Assembly (NCBI GenBank): GCA_964562525.1
Contig: CAZLTL010000004.1
Location: 6,171-70,170, forward strand
Direction: 5' to 3'
Length of the DNA stretch: 64,000 bases
Source: an uncultured bacterium
GTDB lineage: Bacteria; Omnitrophota; Omnitrophia; Omnitrophales; Aquincolibacteriaceae
In this document: one piece after another, positions 46,447 to 57,195 of the stretch
Layout: each line of letters begins with the position of its first letter
Numbering within the stretch: the stretch's first letter is position 1
Program-made: the position numbers and the translations under genes
Notes under the pieces: model-generated
The model's database searches: none
The model's input: only the letters and a program-made list of their open reading frames with translations
What the model was told of the DNA's origin: nothing

Positions 46447-47226
46447 GTGAGGCTTTCTCCTAAACTTATTTTGTTTGTTGCCATGCTGAGCGCGTTCATC
46501 GCGTTTACGATGATTTTTCGTATTTTTTCAGAGCTTAAAAAAGATCCGCGAGGAATAAATGTTGTTACGGCGGTGCGGGATTTAGAAGTGGGTGAGACGA
46601 TTGAAAAATCGGATATCCAGATTCAATTGGCACCCAAAGGAACCAATATTAATTCTGTTTTTACCGAATTGGAGCAGGTTGAGGGGAAGGTCCTGCGTAA
46701 TCCCATTCGCCGCGGCGCGCTGATTCAGTCTTTTGATGTTGCCGACGAAGCAGATAGTGTTGCGGGGCTTATTCCCGAAAATTATCGCGCTTCCACGCTT
46801 AGTTTCGTGTTGCCGATAGAAACTTCCCGCCTGCTTAAATTTGGAAGACGTGTTGATATTTTATTTACGGATACCTCGACCAAAGATTTTGAGACTAAGA
46901 CGATTATGCAAAACATTCTTGTGATTAAAGCGGGCCCTTCGAAGCCGCCCGCCAAAGCGAAGCCCGGTACGGAAGAATTCAGCCCCACGATGGATGTGAC
47001 AATCGCAGTGCGCCCTGAAGGTGCCGAAATTTTAGCGTACTCGATGAAGAAGGGTAAACTCGACCTGAGTGTCCGCTCTTTAACTGAGAAGAATGCGGAT
47101 GAGGTTTACATGAATTTACGGGATGTGATGGGCGTGAAGCCTGCGCCTATTTTTATGCAGCCTGCCGCCGTTGACAATGAGGTTGAGATTTACCGCGGTG
47201 TGAAAAAAGAAAAGGTCATTGTGTGA
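46447..47226 (+). CDS. cpaB: Flp pilus assembly protein CpaB/RcpC
   Basis: N-terminal TM followed by a SAF-like domain (VVTAVRDLEVGETIEKSDI). Confidence 0.8.
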   Translation: MRLSPKLILFVAMLSAFIAFTMIFRIFSELKKDPRGINVVTAVRDLEVGETIEKSDIQIQLAPKGTNINSVFTELEQVEGKVLRNPIRRGALIQSFDVADEADSVAGLIPENYRASTLSFVLPIETSRLLKFGRRVDILFTDTSTKDFETKTIMQNILVIKAGPSKPPAKAKPGTEEFSPTMDVTIAVRPEGAEILAYSMKKGKLDLSVRSLTEKNADEVYMNLRDVMGVKPAPIFMQPAAVDNEVEIYRGVKKEKVIV

Positions 47227-48980
47227 GAAAGCTAAATTTTCTTTTCAGCGTAGCCACTCTTTTTGTTTTCAATGCGAATGTTTTGTTGAGCCAGCCCGTG
47301 ACTGAAGCCGCTCCCTCCGATCTCAATCAGTCGGATGCGGGCATGGAGCAAACAGCATCGGATACTGTTTTGAGAAATTCCGCTATGGTTGAATCGATCG
47401 GGAATGAAGATTGGCAAACAGAAAATATCGCGGGACGCAAAGACATTCATATCGTTGTCGGAAACAGTCATCTGCTTCAACTCGACCGCGCCATGACGCG
47501 CATCGCGATTTCTGATCCGGAAGTGGCTGACGCGGTTGTGGTGAATAGGCGGGAAATTTTGATCTCTTCCAAAAAACGCGGCTCTTCGAATTTGCTCGTC
47601 TGGGACCGTCAGGGAAAAATTTTTATTTATACGCTCATTATTGTCGGCGATCCCGTCGCACTTAAGTCCGCGCTAACCTCGATTTCGCCTGATAATCCCG
47701 TTGAAGTTTTTTCAACTGAAAAAGGCTATGTTGTAAGCGGAAATGTGGATACGGTCCAGGTTCAGAAGCAAATCGCGGAAACATCCAAAGCTTTTTCGGC
47801 CGATAGCATCAGCATTGTTACGGTCAATGAAGCGAAACAAATCCTGCTGGAAATTCAGGTAGTTGAAGTTGACCGCAGTAAAAACAGCGAGTTTGGAATA
47901 GACGGAGCTTATTTAGCTGAAAAATTCGGGTTCACTTTTATGCCCGGCGGATTAGGGCCTATTTCAGCGGTTGTGAATGATGCCGGCGACAGAACGGTTT
48001 TGGGAGTACCTGAGGAAGGTGTTAAAGCATTGTTTACCGGAACCTACAGTGATCCGAAAAGATCAGTCAATACGGTCATTCGTGCGCTGGAAACGCAAAG
48101 TTTGGTGAAGGTGATTTCTCGCCCCAACATTTTGGTACGTGACGGAGCTGAAGCCAAAATTTTAGTGGGTGGACAATTCCCGATTCCGCAGGTAACGCAG
48201 ACAACCACAAGCGTGACCTACAAAGAATTTGGTACAAAGTTGACTTATACACCGACAATTTTGCCGCAAGAAATGATTCGTTTCGAAATTCAAACGGAAG
48301 TGAGCGAACTCGATTCCGCTAACGGAATTCAGGCCAATGGATTTTCCTTGCCGGCGATTACAAGCCGAATCGCGAATACCACCGTTGAAATCAAGGACAA
48401 GGAAACTTTGGTTATTGGCGGCATGATTTCGCAGCGGAACACGAACATTGAATCAGGGACGCCTTATCTCAGAAAGGTGCCCTTGCTGGGCAAATTATTT
48501 AAAAATACGGACAAGCAATCAAATAATGTTGAGCTGGTCATTATGATGACGCCACATATTCTGGATTCGACCCAGCGCGGCGCAAAAATGAACGGATTGC
48601 AGGACGAGTCATTGATCAGTGAATTGAAAGAATTGCCAAGACCCCCTTTTGAAGATGAAAAAGCGCTTGCGATCGAAGAAGCTTTGATGCGATTTGAGAA
48701 CATGCCGTCGGAGAAGCCGCCCGTTGATTCCCGAGCGTATGAGCGTACGGAACTTCGCGAAAAGATAGAAGATAAAAAAAATAAAAAACGCGCTAAAAAA
48801 GAAGCCCGCATCGAGAAAAAAAGGGTTGAGCAAGCTGCTGTAACCTCACAAAAACCCTTGTTTTCAAAAAAAGATGAGATTGAAAAGATGAAAGTAGAGA
48901 CGAAAGAAAATGTCGTTAATGCTGCGGATGAAAGCAAGGTGGTCGTAAAAGACGACGTGAAATGGGAAATTCGTGGTTAA
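47223..48980 (+). CDS. cpaC: Flp pilus secretin CpaC/RcpA with a Lys/Glu-rich C-terminal extension
   Basis: Secretin domain ..ETQSLVKVISRPNILVRDGAEAKILVGGQFPIP... The C-terminal ~90 aa is K/E-rich. Confidence 0.85.
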   Translation: MRKLNFLFSVATLFVFNANVLLSQPVTEAAPSDLNQSDAGMEQTASDTVLRNSAMVESIGNEDWQTENIAGRKDIHIVVGNSHLLQLDRAMTRIAISDPEVADAVVVNRREILISSKKRGSSNLLVWDRQGKIFIYTLIIVGDPVALKSALTSISPDNPVEVFSTEKGYVVSGNVDTVQVQKQIAETSKAFSADSISIVTVNEAKQILLEIQVVEVDRSKNSEFGIDGAYLAEKFGFTFMPGGLGPISAVVNDAGDRTVLGVPEEGVKALFTGTYSDPKRSVNTVIRALETQSLVKVISRPNILVRDGAEAKILVGGQFPIPQVTQTTTSVTYKEFGTKLTYTPTILPQEMIRFEIQTEVSELDSANGIQANGFSLPAITSRIANTTVEIKDKETLVIGGMISQRNTNIESGTPYLRKVPLLGKLFKNTDKQSNNVELVIMMTPHILDSTQRGAKMNGLQDESLISELKELPRPPFEDEKALAIEEALMRFENMPSEKPPVDSRAYERTELREKIEDKKNKKRAKKEARIEKKRVEQAAVTSQKPLFSKKDEIEKMKVETKENVVNAADESKVVVKDDVKWEIRG

Positions 48981-50589
48981 GATAAGGTCTTTTCTTCATT
49001 TTAAAAATCAGCGTGGAATCGTTTTCATTTACAGCGTATTTTTTTTTATTGTCGCTATCGGGTTTGTGGCTTTGGCCGCTGATCTTGGACACGCTTATAT
49101 TGTTTCAACTGAGCTAAAATCTGTCGCGGATGCTGCGGCTTTGACCGCGGCAGCCAGTTTTTTGACTGAAATGCGACAACGGGCTGAGGCGGATGACGAT
49201 TTGACTGACGCGAGCGTCGCGGACGCGGTTAAAGCCGCGACAACAGCGGCAGCGAACGCGATTATTCAAAGGAGTCGCATGATCAGCCAAGGAGCGGTTG
49301 CTGTGAATTTGAAATTTGGAAGTTATAATACCGCCAGCAACCAAACATACAATGAGCAGACGGGAAGCTTATTTACGGAGCTTTCAACGGCGAGCTTATC
49401 GAGTATTTCTGCCTTTCAAGTTCAAGTTTCGCGTTCGGGCGGAGGTATGCCGACTATTTTTGCACGGACTTTCGGTGTTAATTTTATTTCAATGTCACGG
49501 AGTTCGGTTTCTATTTTGGCGCCGCGGAACTTTCTTATGGTGATTGATACTTCTGGCTCTATGGATGACATCACTTATGTCAGGACAACCACTATGAATG
49601 GCGATGGGACCGTCAGTCCGCCTGCCACGGTTTGGCCGCCTGAAGAGAGCTTTATCAGCAGGCCCACAGTGACCGCTAATTTTCCGATTCTATTTTCGCC
49701 GCAGGCTCCCGCAACGACAGATGCTTTTGCCAATTTTGAAGTGGTGCCGCCTGAGCCCTTGAGCGTTGTTTTGCAGTCGTCGCTTGAATTTTTAGACGGG
49801 ATTGCGGACACTTCGACGTTAGGGGATCGAGCCGGGGTTTATTATTTCGCGCGCAACACCAGTGCAAAAATCAACCAGGTGAATAATTCAATCATTCCGA
49901 TTACCACGCAAAATATTACGGATGTTTTTGAACCGCTTTTGACGAACCGTGCCCTCTACGATGGGTTGCGCCTTTTCAATAAGGCAACGGCTTTACCGAA
50001 TGGATCTTTTCTTGGCGCGGATGATTTTGCTTATGAATACCCAACGTCGGGAGCGGGAATATTTCCGTATCTTCCTGCGACCGAGCAATTTAACGGTCCC
50101 ATCGCGATTCCGCAAGGGAATACGAACATCGGCGACGCGATTAAATTTGCTTTAACTAATTTAAGTAATTCGCCGAGTAATACCACTCAGAGCATTACGA
50201 CCATTATCTTATTTACGGACGGAATGCCGGATTGCGCTCCGACAGCTCCCGGTGCGCCGGTTAAGTGCTATGGAACGGGCGCGACGGCTGACGAGCTGGA
50301 GGCTGCGCGGAATTATGTTTTTCAGCAAGCGCAAATAGCTATTGATAAAAATATTCGCATTTATCCGATTACTTACGGCAACTTTGGTTATGATGGTTCC
50401 GATCCAGACTCCGATGAGGCTGCGGAGGCCGCGAAAGCGACGCTGCTTTTTGACGCCATTGCGCAAATGTCCGGATTAACGGAACATTTTCATATCGCCA
50501 ACACCGCGAATCCTGACGAGATCGATGCCGAGTTGGACGACATTTTTGAGCAAATCAAATTATTGGTCCCGTTTTCTTTGGTGGGATAG
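48973..50589 (+). CDS. TadG-like pilus assembly protein with a vWA domain
   Basis: N-terminal TadG-type TM/pseudopilin-like segment. MIDAS motif DTSGSMDD. Confidence 0.7.
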   Translation: MVKIRSFLHFKNQRGIVFIYSVFFFIVAIGFVALAADLGHAYIVSTELKSVADAAALTAAASFLTEMRQRAEADDDLTDASVADAVKAATTAAANAIIQRSRMISQGAVAVNLKFGSYNTASNQTYNEQTGSLFTELSTASLSSISAFQVQVSRSGGGMPTIFARTFGVNFISMSRSSVSILAPRNFLMVIDTSGSMDDITYVRTTTMNGDGTVSPPATVWPPEESFISRPTVTANFPILFSPQAPATTDAFANFEVVPPEPLSVVLQSSLEFLDGIADTSTLGDRAGVYYFARNTSAKINQVNNSIIPITTQNITDVFEPLLTNRALYDGLRLFNKATALPNGSFLGADDFAYEYPTSGAGIFPYLPATEQFNGPIAIPQGNTNIGDAIKFALTNLSNSPSNTTQSITTIILFTDGMPDCAPTAPGAPVKCYGTGATADELEAARNYVFQQAQIAIDKNIRIYPITYGNFGYDGSDPDSDEAAEAAKATLLFDAIAQMSGLTEHFHIANTANPDEIDAELDDIFEQIKLLVPFSLVG

Positions 50590-50596
50590 AGGAAAG

Positions 50597-51814
50597 ATGG
50601 AAAACTATAAATTAAAGATTGCGATGCTTTTTCCCGCGGATGATAGCTTTCATTTTTTGGAGGCATTTTTCCGCAAGCATCCCGATTTGAGTTGCACCAT
50701 TGAACGCTGTCCGCTTGACATTTCACCTGAGCAGATTTTCTTGCGTCACGCGCCGCAAATGGTCGTCGCCGATTTGGTTAATCTTTCCGATGAGGAGCAG
50801 TTCCAGCTCAAAGATAAATTTAAAAAGATAAGTGAAGTCGTTCCTCTGGTCGGACTTATGGATGAAAAACTTAAGAGCCGCGCGCTTGAATACGTTAAAA
50901 TCGGAATGCGTGATTTTATACAAGTTCCGTTTGATGAAGATGATCTTGTTCAGGTTATAGCTCGTTTTCGTCAGGGCGCCCTGCCTTCGGCATTGAGAAA
51001 AACCGGCAAAGCCTATACGTTTCTGAACTTTAAAGGCGGCGTGGGAAATACTTTTTTAGCCGTGAATACCGCTGTGACTTTGGCGCGGATGTCGCAAAAA
51101 AAAGTACTTTTGTGGGATATGGCGCTTCAGTCCGGAGATATCCCGTTTTTTCTCAATTGCAATCCCAAGTTTTCGTTGGTTGAGATTATTCAAAACTTGG
51201 ATCAAGTGGATGAAAGCTATCTAAAAGGAGTTTTACCTCCGACAGAACACGGAGTTTCAATTTTGCCCGCTCCGCGCAGAATTGAAGACATGGACCAGTT
51301 GACGCCGCAAAGCGTAGAAAAGGCTCTGCATATCTTTTTGGGCTATTTTGACCACATTATTATTGACGGCGGCAACCGTTTAAGTGATCCGCTGATGCCG
51401 ATTATTGACGGTTCATGTCATGTTTTCTTGACCAGCACCTTGGAGCTAATCGCGCTGCGCGGTGCGTCGCGCTGCATCGGACTTCTGGAGCAATTGCGTT
51501 GTTCGCCTGAAAAAATTAAAGTTGTCGTAAACCGCTTTAATTCGAAATATGAAGCGATCTCTAAAGAAAAAGCGGAAGAAATTTTAAAGTATGAAATCGC
51601 TCATTTTTTCAGCAATGATTATTCCGGCGTGTGCCAAAGCGTTAATTTAGGACAAGCGGTGATTGATGCTGCGCCGGGTTCGCCGCTGAATCAACAGTTT
51701 AAAGCTTTTGTTAAAAAAATACTCAATCACTTTGTCGAAGAAAAAAACAGCAACAATTTTTTTGCGGGCTTAAACAAAGTGTTTAAAAAAGGGTCGTCCC
51801 ATGTCGCTGGCTGA
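50597..51814 (+). CDS. cpaE: CpaE/TadZ ParA-MinD-like ATPase with an N-terminal receiver-like domain
   Basis: Deviant Walker A FLNFKGGVGNTFLA. GAGGAAAG RBS before the Met at 50597. Confidence 0.8.
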   Translation: MENYKLKIAMLFPADDSFHFLEAFFRKHPDLSCTIERCPLDISPEQIFLRHAPQMVVADLVNLSDEEQFQLKDKFKKISEVVPLVGLMDEKLKSRALEYVKIGMRDFIQVPFDEDDLVQVIARFRQGALPSALRKTGKAYTFLNFKGGVGNTFLAVNTAVTLARMSQKKVLLWDMALQSGDIPFFLNCNPKFSLVEIIQNLDQVDESYLKGVLPPTEHGVSILPAPRRIEDMDQLTPQSVEKALHIFLGYFDHIIIDGGNRLSDPLMPIIDGSCHVFLTSTLELIALRGASRCIGLLEQLRCSPEKIKVVVNRFNSKYEAISKEKAEEILKYEIAHFFSNDYSGVCQSVNLGQAVIDAAPGSPLNQQFKAFVKKILNHFVEEKNSNNFFAGLNKVFKKGSSHVAG

Positions 51815-53114
51815 TCGTATCCGCCAAAACGCGCCGATCGGTAAATCTCCGCTGGCTTCTTCGTCTCCCGAATCTTCGATTCAAAACTCAGCTTTCCAAA
51901 GTCTCAAGTTTCGAATGCACCAAAAGCTGATTGAAAGGCTTGATTTGGAAGTCATCAGCCGCCTGTCTCCGGAAGAGGCGCATAATCAAGTAACCGAGTT
52001 TGTTAAAAAACTGGTTATGGAAGAAAAAGTTGCGTTAAACGCGGAACAGCAGCAAGGCTTGATCAAGGAAATCGTTGATGAGACTTTTGGTTTGGGACCG
52101 CTTGAGCCTTTGCTGGCAAAGCCGACGGTGGATGAAATTCTTGTCAATGGTTCTCAGCGGATTTTTGTGGAAGAGTTTGGAAAACTAATTTTGACAAACG
52201 TGAAATTTCGCGATGACGCGCATTTGCGGAACGTGATTAACCGTATTGTTGCCAGCGTGGGGCGTCGTATTGATGAGGCTTCACCCATGGTGGACGCGCG
52301 TCTTCCCGATGGATCGCGTGTTAACGCAATTATTCCGCCGCTTGCTTTGAATGGACCGGTGCTTTCCATTCGTCGATTTAAAAAAGACCCATTGAAAGTT
52401 CATGATCTTGTCCGTTCCGGCTCGATGAATGAAAAAATGGCGGAGTATTTGCAGCTGGCCGTCGAGAATAAACTTAATATCCTAATTTCCGGCGGAACGG
52501 GAACGGGAAAAACTACCTTATTGAACGTTGTTTCTGCGTTTATTCCAAGCGGGGAGCGCATCATTACGATTGAGGACGCGGCGGAACTTCAGCTTCAGCA
52601 GCCGCATGTCGTTCGTCTTGAAACTCGCCCCGCCAACGCGGAGGGGAAAGGGCAGGTTCTCCAGCGTGATCTTTTGCGTAACTCTTTGCGTATGCGTCCG
52701 GACCGCATTGTGATCGGTGAAGTTCGCGGCGCGGAAGCGCTGGACATGTTGCAAGCCATGAATACGGGCCATGAAGGATCGCTGACAACGGTGCATTCCA
52801 ATTCGCCCCGTGACGCACTAAGTAGAATTGAGACCATGGTTTTGCTTGGAAATTCCAATTTGACACATGTTTCAATCATCCGTCAAATTGCTTCCGCTCT
52901 GCATTTAATTGTTCAAATTAAGCGGTACGCGGACGGCAGCCGAAAGATATCGACGATATCCGAGGTTACGGGCATGGAAGGGGATGTGATCAGTCTTCAG
53001 GATATTGTTCAATTTGAAGAGAAGGGTGTTGATGATCGAGGTAAAGTTGTGGGACAGTTTACTTTTTCGGCTTTAAAGCCAAGGTTTTTGAACAAGGCTC
53101 ATAAACAGCACTAA
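51801..53114 (+). CDS. cpaF: CpaF/TadA type II/IV secretion ATPase
   Basis: Walker [10 protein letters not shown] and Asp/His boxes. Confidence 0.9.
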   Translation: MSLADRIRQNAPIGKSPLASSSPESSIQNSAFQSLKFRMHQKLIERLDLEVISRLSPEEAHNQVTEFVKKLVMEEKVALNAEQQQGLIKEIVDETFGLGPLEPLLAKPTVDEILVNGSQRIFVEEFGKLILTNVKFRDDAHLRNVINRIVASVGRRIDEASPMVDARLPDGSRVNAIIPPLALNGPVLSIRRFKKDPLKVHDLVRSGSMNEKMAEYLQLAVENKLNILISGGTGTGKTTLLNVVSAFIPSGERIITIEDAAELQLQQPHVVRLETRPANAEGKGQVLQRDLLRNSLRMRPDRIVIGEVRGAEALDMLQAMNTGHEGSLTTVHSNSPRDALSRIETMVLLGNSNLTHVSIIRQIASALHLIVQIKRYADGSRKISTISEVTGMEGDVISLQDIVQFEEKGVDDRGKVVGQFTFSALKPRFLNKAHKQH

Positions 53115-53123
53115 GTCGCTTCC

Positions 53124-54092
53124 ATGAATACTCTTTTCATTGCGGCTTTATTTTTAGCGATCGCGGCCTTCCTCTTTATTTATTTTTTCTTGGACAAAAC
53201 CGCTGGCGATTCTGCTTTTCGTGAAGCTCGTTTGAATGCCCGCCTTGCTGAGATGACAAGGAAAAACACCGAAAGCGTTGAGAAAAAAAATCGCTATAGC
53301 GATATCCGCGCGTTGAATCGGATTTTAATGCGGCAAGCTTTTGTCACTCGGCTCAATCGAATGCTGCAGGTGAGCGGGTGGGGCATTTCGATGGGTGTTT
53401 TTATTCTGGGGTCCTTGCTCGGGGCGTTTTTGGCTTTTGGCTTCCTTTACAAGGCGGGCATCACACCTTGGGTCGCTGCCCCTGCCGCTGCCATCATGCT
53501 TTGGTTTATCCCAACCGCAATTCTTAAATACAGATATAACCTCTATCTGGACTTATTTAGCCAGCGTTTTCCCGCCGCGCTTCAAATTATTCACGGAGCG
53601 ATCGGTGTTGGATTTGGTTTGTCGCAAGCGTTATCGAGAGTTGCCAAGGACGCCCCCCATCCCGTGAATAAAGAGTTCGCGGGAATTCTTGCCGAAATTC
53701 AACTTGGTGAAAATTTAATCAACGCGCTTTCTAATCTTTATAAAAGAATTCCAACTTCAGATGTTAAAACATTCGTGATCGCAATCTCAATTCAGCATGA
53801 TTCCGGCGGGAACCTTTCCGAGTTGATCGGTAATCTTGAGAAAACAATCAACGCCAGGGTGCTATTACGCAAAGAATTAAGCGCTCTCACCGCGCAGGCC
53901 AAGATGAGCGGTAAAGTTTTAGTCGCGATTCCTTTTTGTTTAGCCGCGATACTTTATTTAATCAACCCTGAGTATTTAAAGCCGCTTTTCGAAGAAGAGA
54001 TGGGCCGCAAAGTGATCATGTACACTTTAGCTCAAATCGTGATTGGCACGCTTGTGATTCGGAAAATGGTCAATATGAAATTGACGGTCTAA
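53124..54092 (+). CDS. tadB: TadB (T2SS-F family inner-membrane platform protein)
   Basis: T2SSF-like domain with TM pattern. Confidence 0.85.
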   Translation: MNTLFIAALFLAIAAFLFIYFFLDKTAGDSAFREARLNARLAEMTRKNTESVEKKNRYSDIRALNRILMRQAFVTRLNRMLQVSGWGISMGVFILGSLLGAFLAFGFLYKAGITPWVAAPAAAIMLWFIPTAILKYRYNLYLDLFSQRFPAALQIIHGAIGVGFGLSQALSRVAKDAPHPVNKEFAGILAEIQLGENLINALSNLYKRIPTSDVKTFVIAISIQHDSGGNLSELIGNLEKTINARVLLRKELSALTAQAKMSGKVLVAIPFCLAAILYLINPEYLKPLFEEEMGRKVIMYTLAQIVIGTLVIRKMVNMKLTV

Positions 54093-54096
54093 AGGC

Positions 54097-54897
54097 ATGC
54101 ATCTTTTTTTTATCGCCTCAGTTATGTTGAGTGTCGCTCTTGGCTCCGGAATATGGGCTTGGTTGACGATCTATGAGCAAAGCCGGCGTATGAAAAAGCG
54201 CATGGCGGAACTTTCCGCGCAGGAAAATCTTCAAGAGCGCACCGTGAAGCTTGAAAAGCCGACCCCCAAGAACTACAGCTTTGAAAATTTAATTTTTCTT
54301 TTTGGACCTACGGGGCTTGCTATCGCTTGGCAGCAGGTGGTACCCGGACCTGTCGTGCCCAAATTGATGATTGCGATCGCAGTTTCCGTGTTTTTGAAAA
54401 TTATTTGGAAGAGACATCAAATCAACCGTTATCGAATCCGGATTGAAGAAGCATTGCCCACAACTTTGGATCTTCTGGTGGTTTGTATTGAGGCTGGTAT
54501 GTCGCTGGCATCGGCGTTGGTTCGGGTTGCCGAAGAAACTAGGGGGGGACCGCTCTCGGATGAGCTTAAGAAAACTTTTTATGAAATGAACGTTGGGCTT
54601 TCCATGGAGCAGGCTTTCCGCAATCTTGCGGTGCGTACGAATGTTGTGGACGTTGGGTCGCTTGTGACAACGATTATTGAAGCCGAACAAATTGGGATGA
54701 AGCTTGGAGAAACTTTGCGCAGCCACTCCGCCATGCTAAGGGAGACGATCCGTATGCGGACGCGTGAAAAGATTTTAAAGATTCCTGTTAAAGTGTTGTT
54801 TCCGCTGGTTTTCTTTTTTATGCCCGCAATTTTTTCGATTGTTCTGGCTCCTGCGGTTATTAAACTGATACCTGTATTTCAAAGTATGGGGAAATAA
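54097..54897 (+). CDS. tadC: TadC (T2SS-F family inner-membrane platform protein)
   Basis: T2SSF-like domain. Follows tadB. Confidence 0.85.
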   Translation: MHLFFIASVMLSVALGSGIWAWLTIYEQSRRMKKRMAELSAQENLQERTVKLEKPTPKNYSFENLIFLFGPTGLAIAWQQVVPGPVVPKLMIAIAVSVFLKIIWKRHQINRYRIRIEEALPTTLDLLVVCIEAGMSLASALVRVAEETRGGPLSDELKKTFYEMNVGLSMEQAFRNLAVRTNVVDVGSLVTTIIEAEQIGMKLGETLRSHSAMLRETIRMRTREKILKIPVKVLFPLVFFFMPAIFSIVLAPAVIKLIPVFQSMGK

Positions 54898-54898
54898 T

Positions 54899-55240
54899 AT
54901 GAAATTGATTTCCGATCGGACAAAAAATGTTTTAGTCCAAGATTTAAAAGTTGCCGATAAGCCCTGGTCGCGTATTCAGGGACTTCTTTTTAAGCCTATG
55001 CTTTCGCCTGAGCAAGGGCTCGCGCTTATTCCGTGTAATTCCATTCACTCTCTGGGGATGCGTTATTCAATGGATGTGATTTATTTAGATAAGAAAAACA
55101 AAGTGCTTAAATGCACGCATGATTTTCGTCCCAATTCTCTGGGGCCGCTCGTATGGAAGGCGAAGACGGTTATTGAGATGCCCGCTGGAAAACTTCGCGG
55201 CTTAGATGTTCAAGTCGGGGATCAACTGACTTACGCTTAA
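54899..55240 (+). CDS. DUF192 family protein
   Basis: 113 aa with ..GLLF..L..GLALIPCNSIHSLGMRYSMDVIYLD pattern. Starts 2 nt after the tadC stop. Confidence 0.65.
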   Translation: MKLISDRTKNVLVQDLKVADKPWSRIQGLLFKPMLSPEQGLALIPCNSIHSLGMRYSMDVIYLDKKNKVLKCTHDFRPNSLGPLVWKAKTVIEMPAGKLRGLDVQVGDQLTYA

Positions 55241-55295
55241 ATTTATTTTTCAGAAACCTCCCGCAATCTATCTTTGGCGTTTGCTATAATGCAGC

Positions 55296-56963
55296 ATGGA
55301 TTTTTTCAAAGATACGATTCAACTGCTGCACCTTTCTGAAGCCGCCACGGCGATTCTCGTTTTAAGTTTGACGATTGTGCTGGGGCTCGCCTTCGGCAAA
55401 ATTAATTTCCGCGGCGTGCGCTTCGGCGTCGCGGGCGTGATGTTTTCCGGTCTTTTGCTGGGCCATTTTAAAATTAACTTTTCACCTGAGTTGGCGGAGT
55501 TTATCCGTGAATTCGGTTTGATGCTTTTTGTTTACACAATCGGTGTGGAGGTGGGACCCGCTTTTTTCTCATCGTTGCGCAAAGAGGGTGCGAAACTCAA
55601 CCTTATCGCTTTTGTTTTAGTTTCATCCGGGGCATTGATTGCTTTTGGGTTGGCAAAATATTTCGATATTCCGGCTCCCGCGGCGGCCGGTCTTTTTTCC
55701 GGTGCATCGACGAATACCCCCAGTCTTGCTGCGGGCCAGCAGCTGCTTAAAGGCATGGCTGATATGACGCCCGATATGCTCAAAATGCCGGGCTTGGGCT
55801 ATGCCGTGGCTTATCCGTTCGGAATTTTGGGGGTGATTATTACTTTCGTGACCCTTCGCTTGTTTTGTCGCGTTGATCCTTCTGCGGAAGCGGAGGCTTA
55901 TCAGGCTGCGCATTTAAAAGAAAATCCCCAGCTTGAAACCGTTGATTTAAAAATTGAGAACTCGGATTTGGACGGGATGCGTATTCGCGAGATTTTACCT
56001 TTCCGCGATGTGATTATTTCGCGGGTCGTTCATGACGGGAAAGTTCGCGTGGCTTTGCCTAAAACAGCGATTCATACGGGGGATATGATCCGCGTTGTCG
56101 GAACGAAACCTCAGTTAGAAGCGTTGTGTTTCGCAATCGGTGCGCAAACAGATTTTGAGAAACATTCCGACAGCTCGGTACAAATGCGCCGCATGGTCGT
56201 GACCAAGACGGAGTTATCCGGGAAACTGATCAGCGAGTTGGATGCGTCTCATTATGGCGTGACGATTACCCGTGCGCGGCGGGGAGACCTTGAATTTCCG
56301 GGTACAGGCAATGTTAAAATCGCATTCGGTGATATTTTGAGCGTGGTGGGACATGAAGATGATTTGAAAAAGTTTCGCGGTGTTCTCGGCGATCATCCCA
56401 AAATTTTAGATCATCCTCATCTCATTCCTGCGTTTGTCTGTCTTGCCTTGGGTGTTCTTTTGGGCAGTTTGCCTTTGCAGATTCCGGGCATTCCCGCGCC
56501 GCTTAAAATCGGTTTGGCGGGCGGTGTTTTAATCGCGGCGTTGCTTTTAAGTTATATCGGAAAAATCGGCCCGCTTGTTTGGTATTTGCCCGCGAGCGGA
56601 AGCTTGATGCTGCGTGAAATCGGAATTGCTCTTTTTCTTGCCTGCGTGGGGCTTCGTTCAGGCGACAAATTAGTCGAAACGTTTTCTTCCGGTCCTGGGC
56701 TTTTGTGGCTTGGCTGCGGCGTGACGATTACGATTGTTCCGCTGATGCTGACAGCGTTTTTTCTGCGGCTTAAACTGAAAATGAATTATTTGTCTTTGTG
56801 CGGCTTACTTTCAGGCTGTTACACCAGTCCCTCCACTTTGGCTTACGCGAATCAGCTGGCGGCTTCGAGCGCGCCCGTTGTTTCCTACGCCGCGGTTTAT
56901 CCGCTGGTGATGATTTTGCGCGTGATAGCGGCCGAGCTGCTCATTCTCTTTTTAATGAAATAG
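55296..56963 (+). CDS. YidE/YbjL (AspT/AAE family) putative transporter with tandem TrkA-C domains
   Basis: Duplicated membrane domains flank two central RCK_C/TrkA_C-like regions. 555 aa. Confidence 0.75.
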   Translation: MDFFKDTIQLLHLSEAATAILVLSLTIVLGLAFGKINFRGVRFGVAGVMFSGLLLGHFKINFSPELAEFIREFGLMLFVYTIGVEVGPAFFSSLRKEGAKLNLIAFVLVSSGALIAFGLAKYFDIPAPAAAGLFSGASTNTPSLAAGQQLLKGMADMTPDMLKMPGLGYAVAYPFGILGVIITFVTLRLFCRVDPSAEAEAYQAAHLKENPQLETVDLKIENSDLDGMRIREILPFRDVIISRVVHDGKVRVALPKTAIHTGDMIRVVGTKPQLEALCFAIGAQTDFEKHSDSSVQMRRMVVTKTELSGKLISELDASHYGVTITRARRGDLEFPGTGNVKIAFGDILSVVGHEDDLKKFRGVLGDHPKILDHPHLIPAFVCLALGVLLGSLPLQIPGIPAPLKIGLAGGVLIAALLLSYIGKIGPLVWYLPASGSLMLREIGIALFLACVGLRSGDKLVETFSSGPGLLWLGCGVTITIVPLMLTAFFLRLKLKMNYLSLCGLLSGCYTSPSTLAYANQLAASSAPVVSYAAVYPLVMILRVIAAELLILFLMK

Positions 56964-56973
56964 GGAGAGAGCG

Positions 56974-57195
56974 ATGAGTGTGAATTTAATGCTTGGAAAT
57001 TTATTGATCGCTTTTGGAGTGATGAAGTTGGGGTTGTACTTCTTTGGTAAGAAGTTGACGCTGGCCCGTCTTGAAGCTTTGAAAGCCCGTTTTGGAGACC
57101 GTAAGGGTGCCTGGCTTTATCTTTTTATTTACGCTGTGCTGCCGATTGCTTTTGGTATTGCCATGCTTTTCCGCGAATACCGTTTGCCGCATTAA
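56974..57195 (+). CDS. small two-TM membrane protein
   Basis: 73 aa, hydrophobic. Confidence 0.4.
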   Translation: MSVNLMLGNLLIAFGVMKLGLYFFGKKLTLARLEALKARFGDRKGAWLYLFIYAVLPIAFGIAMLFREYRLPH

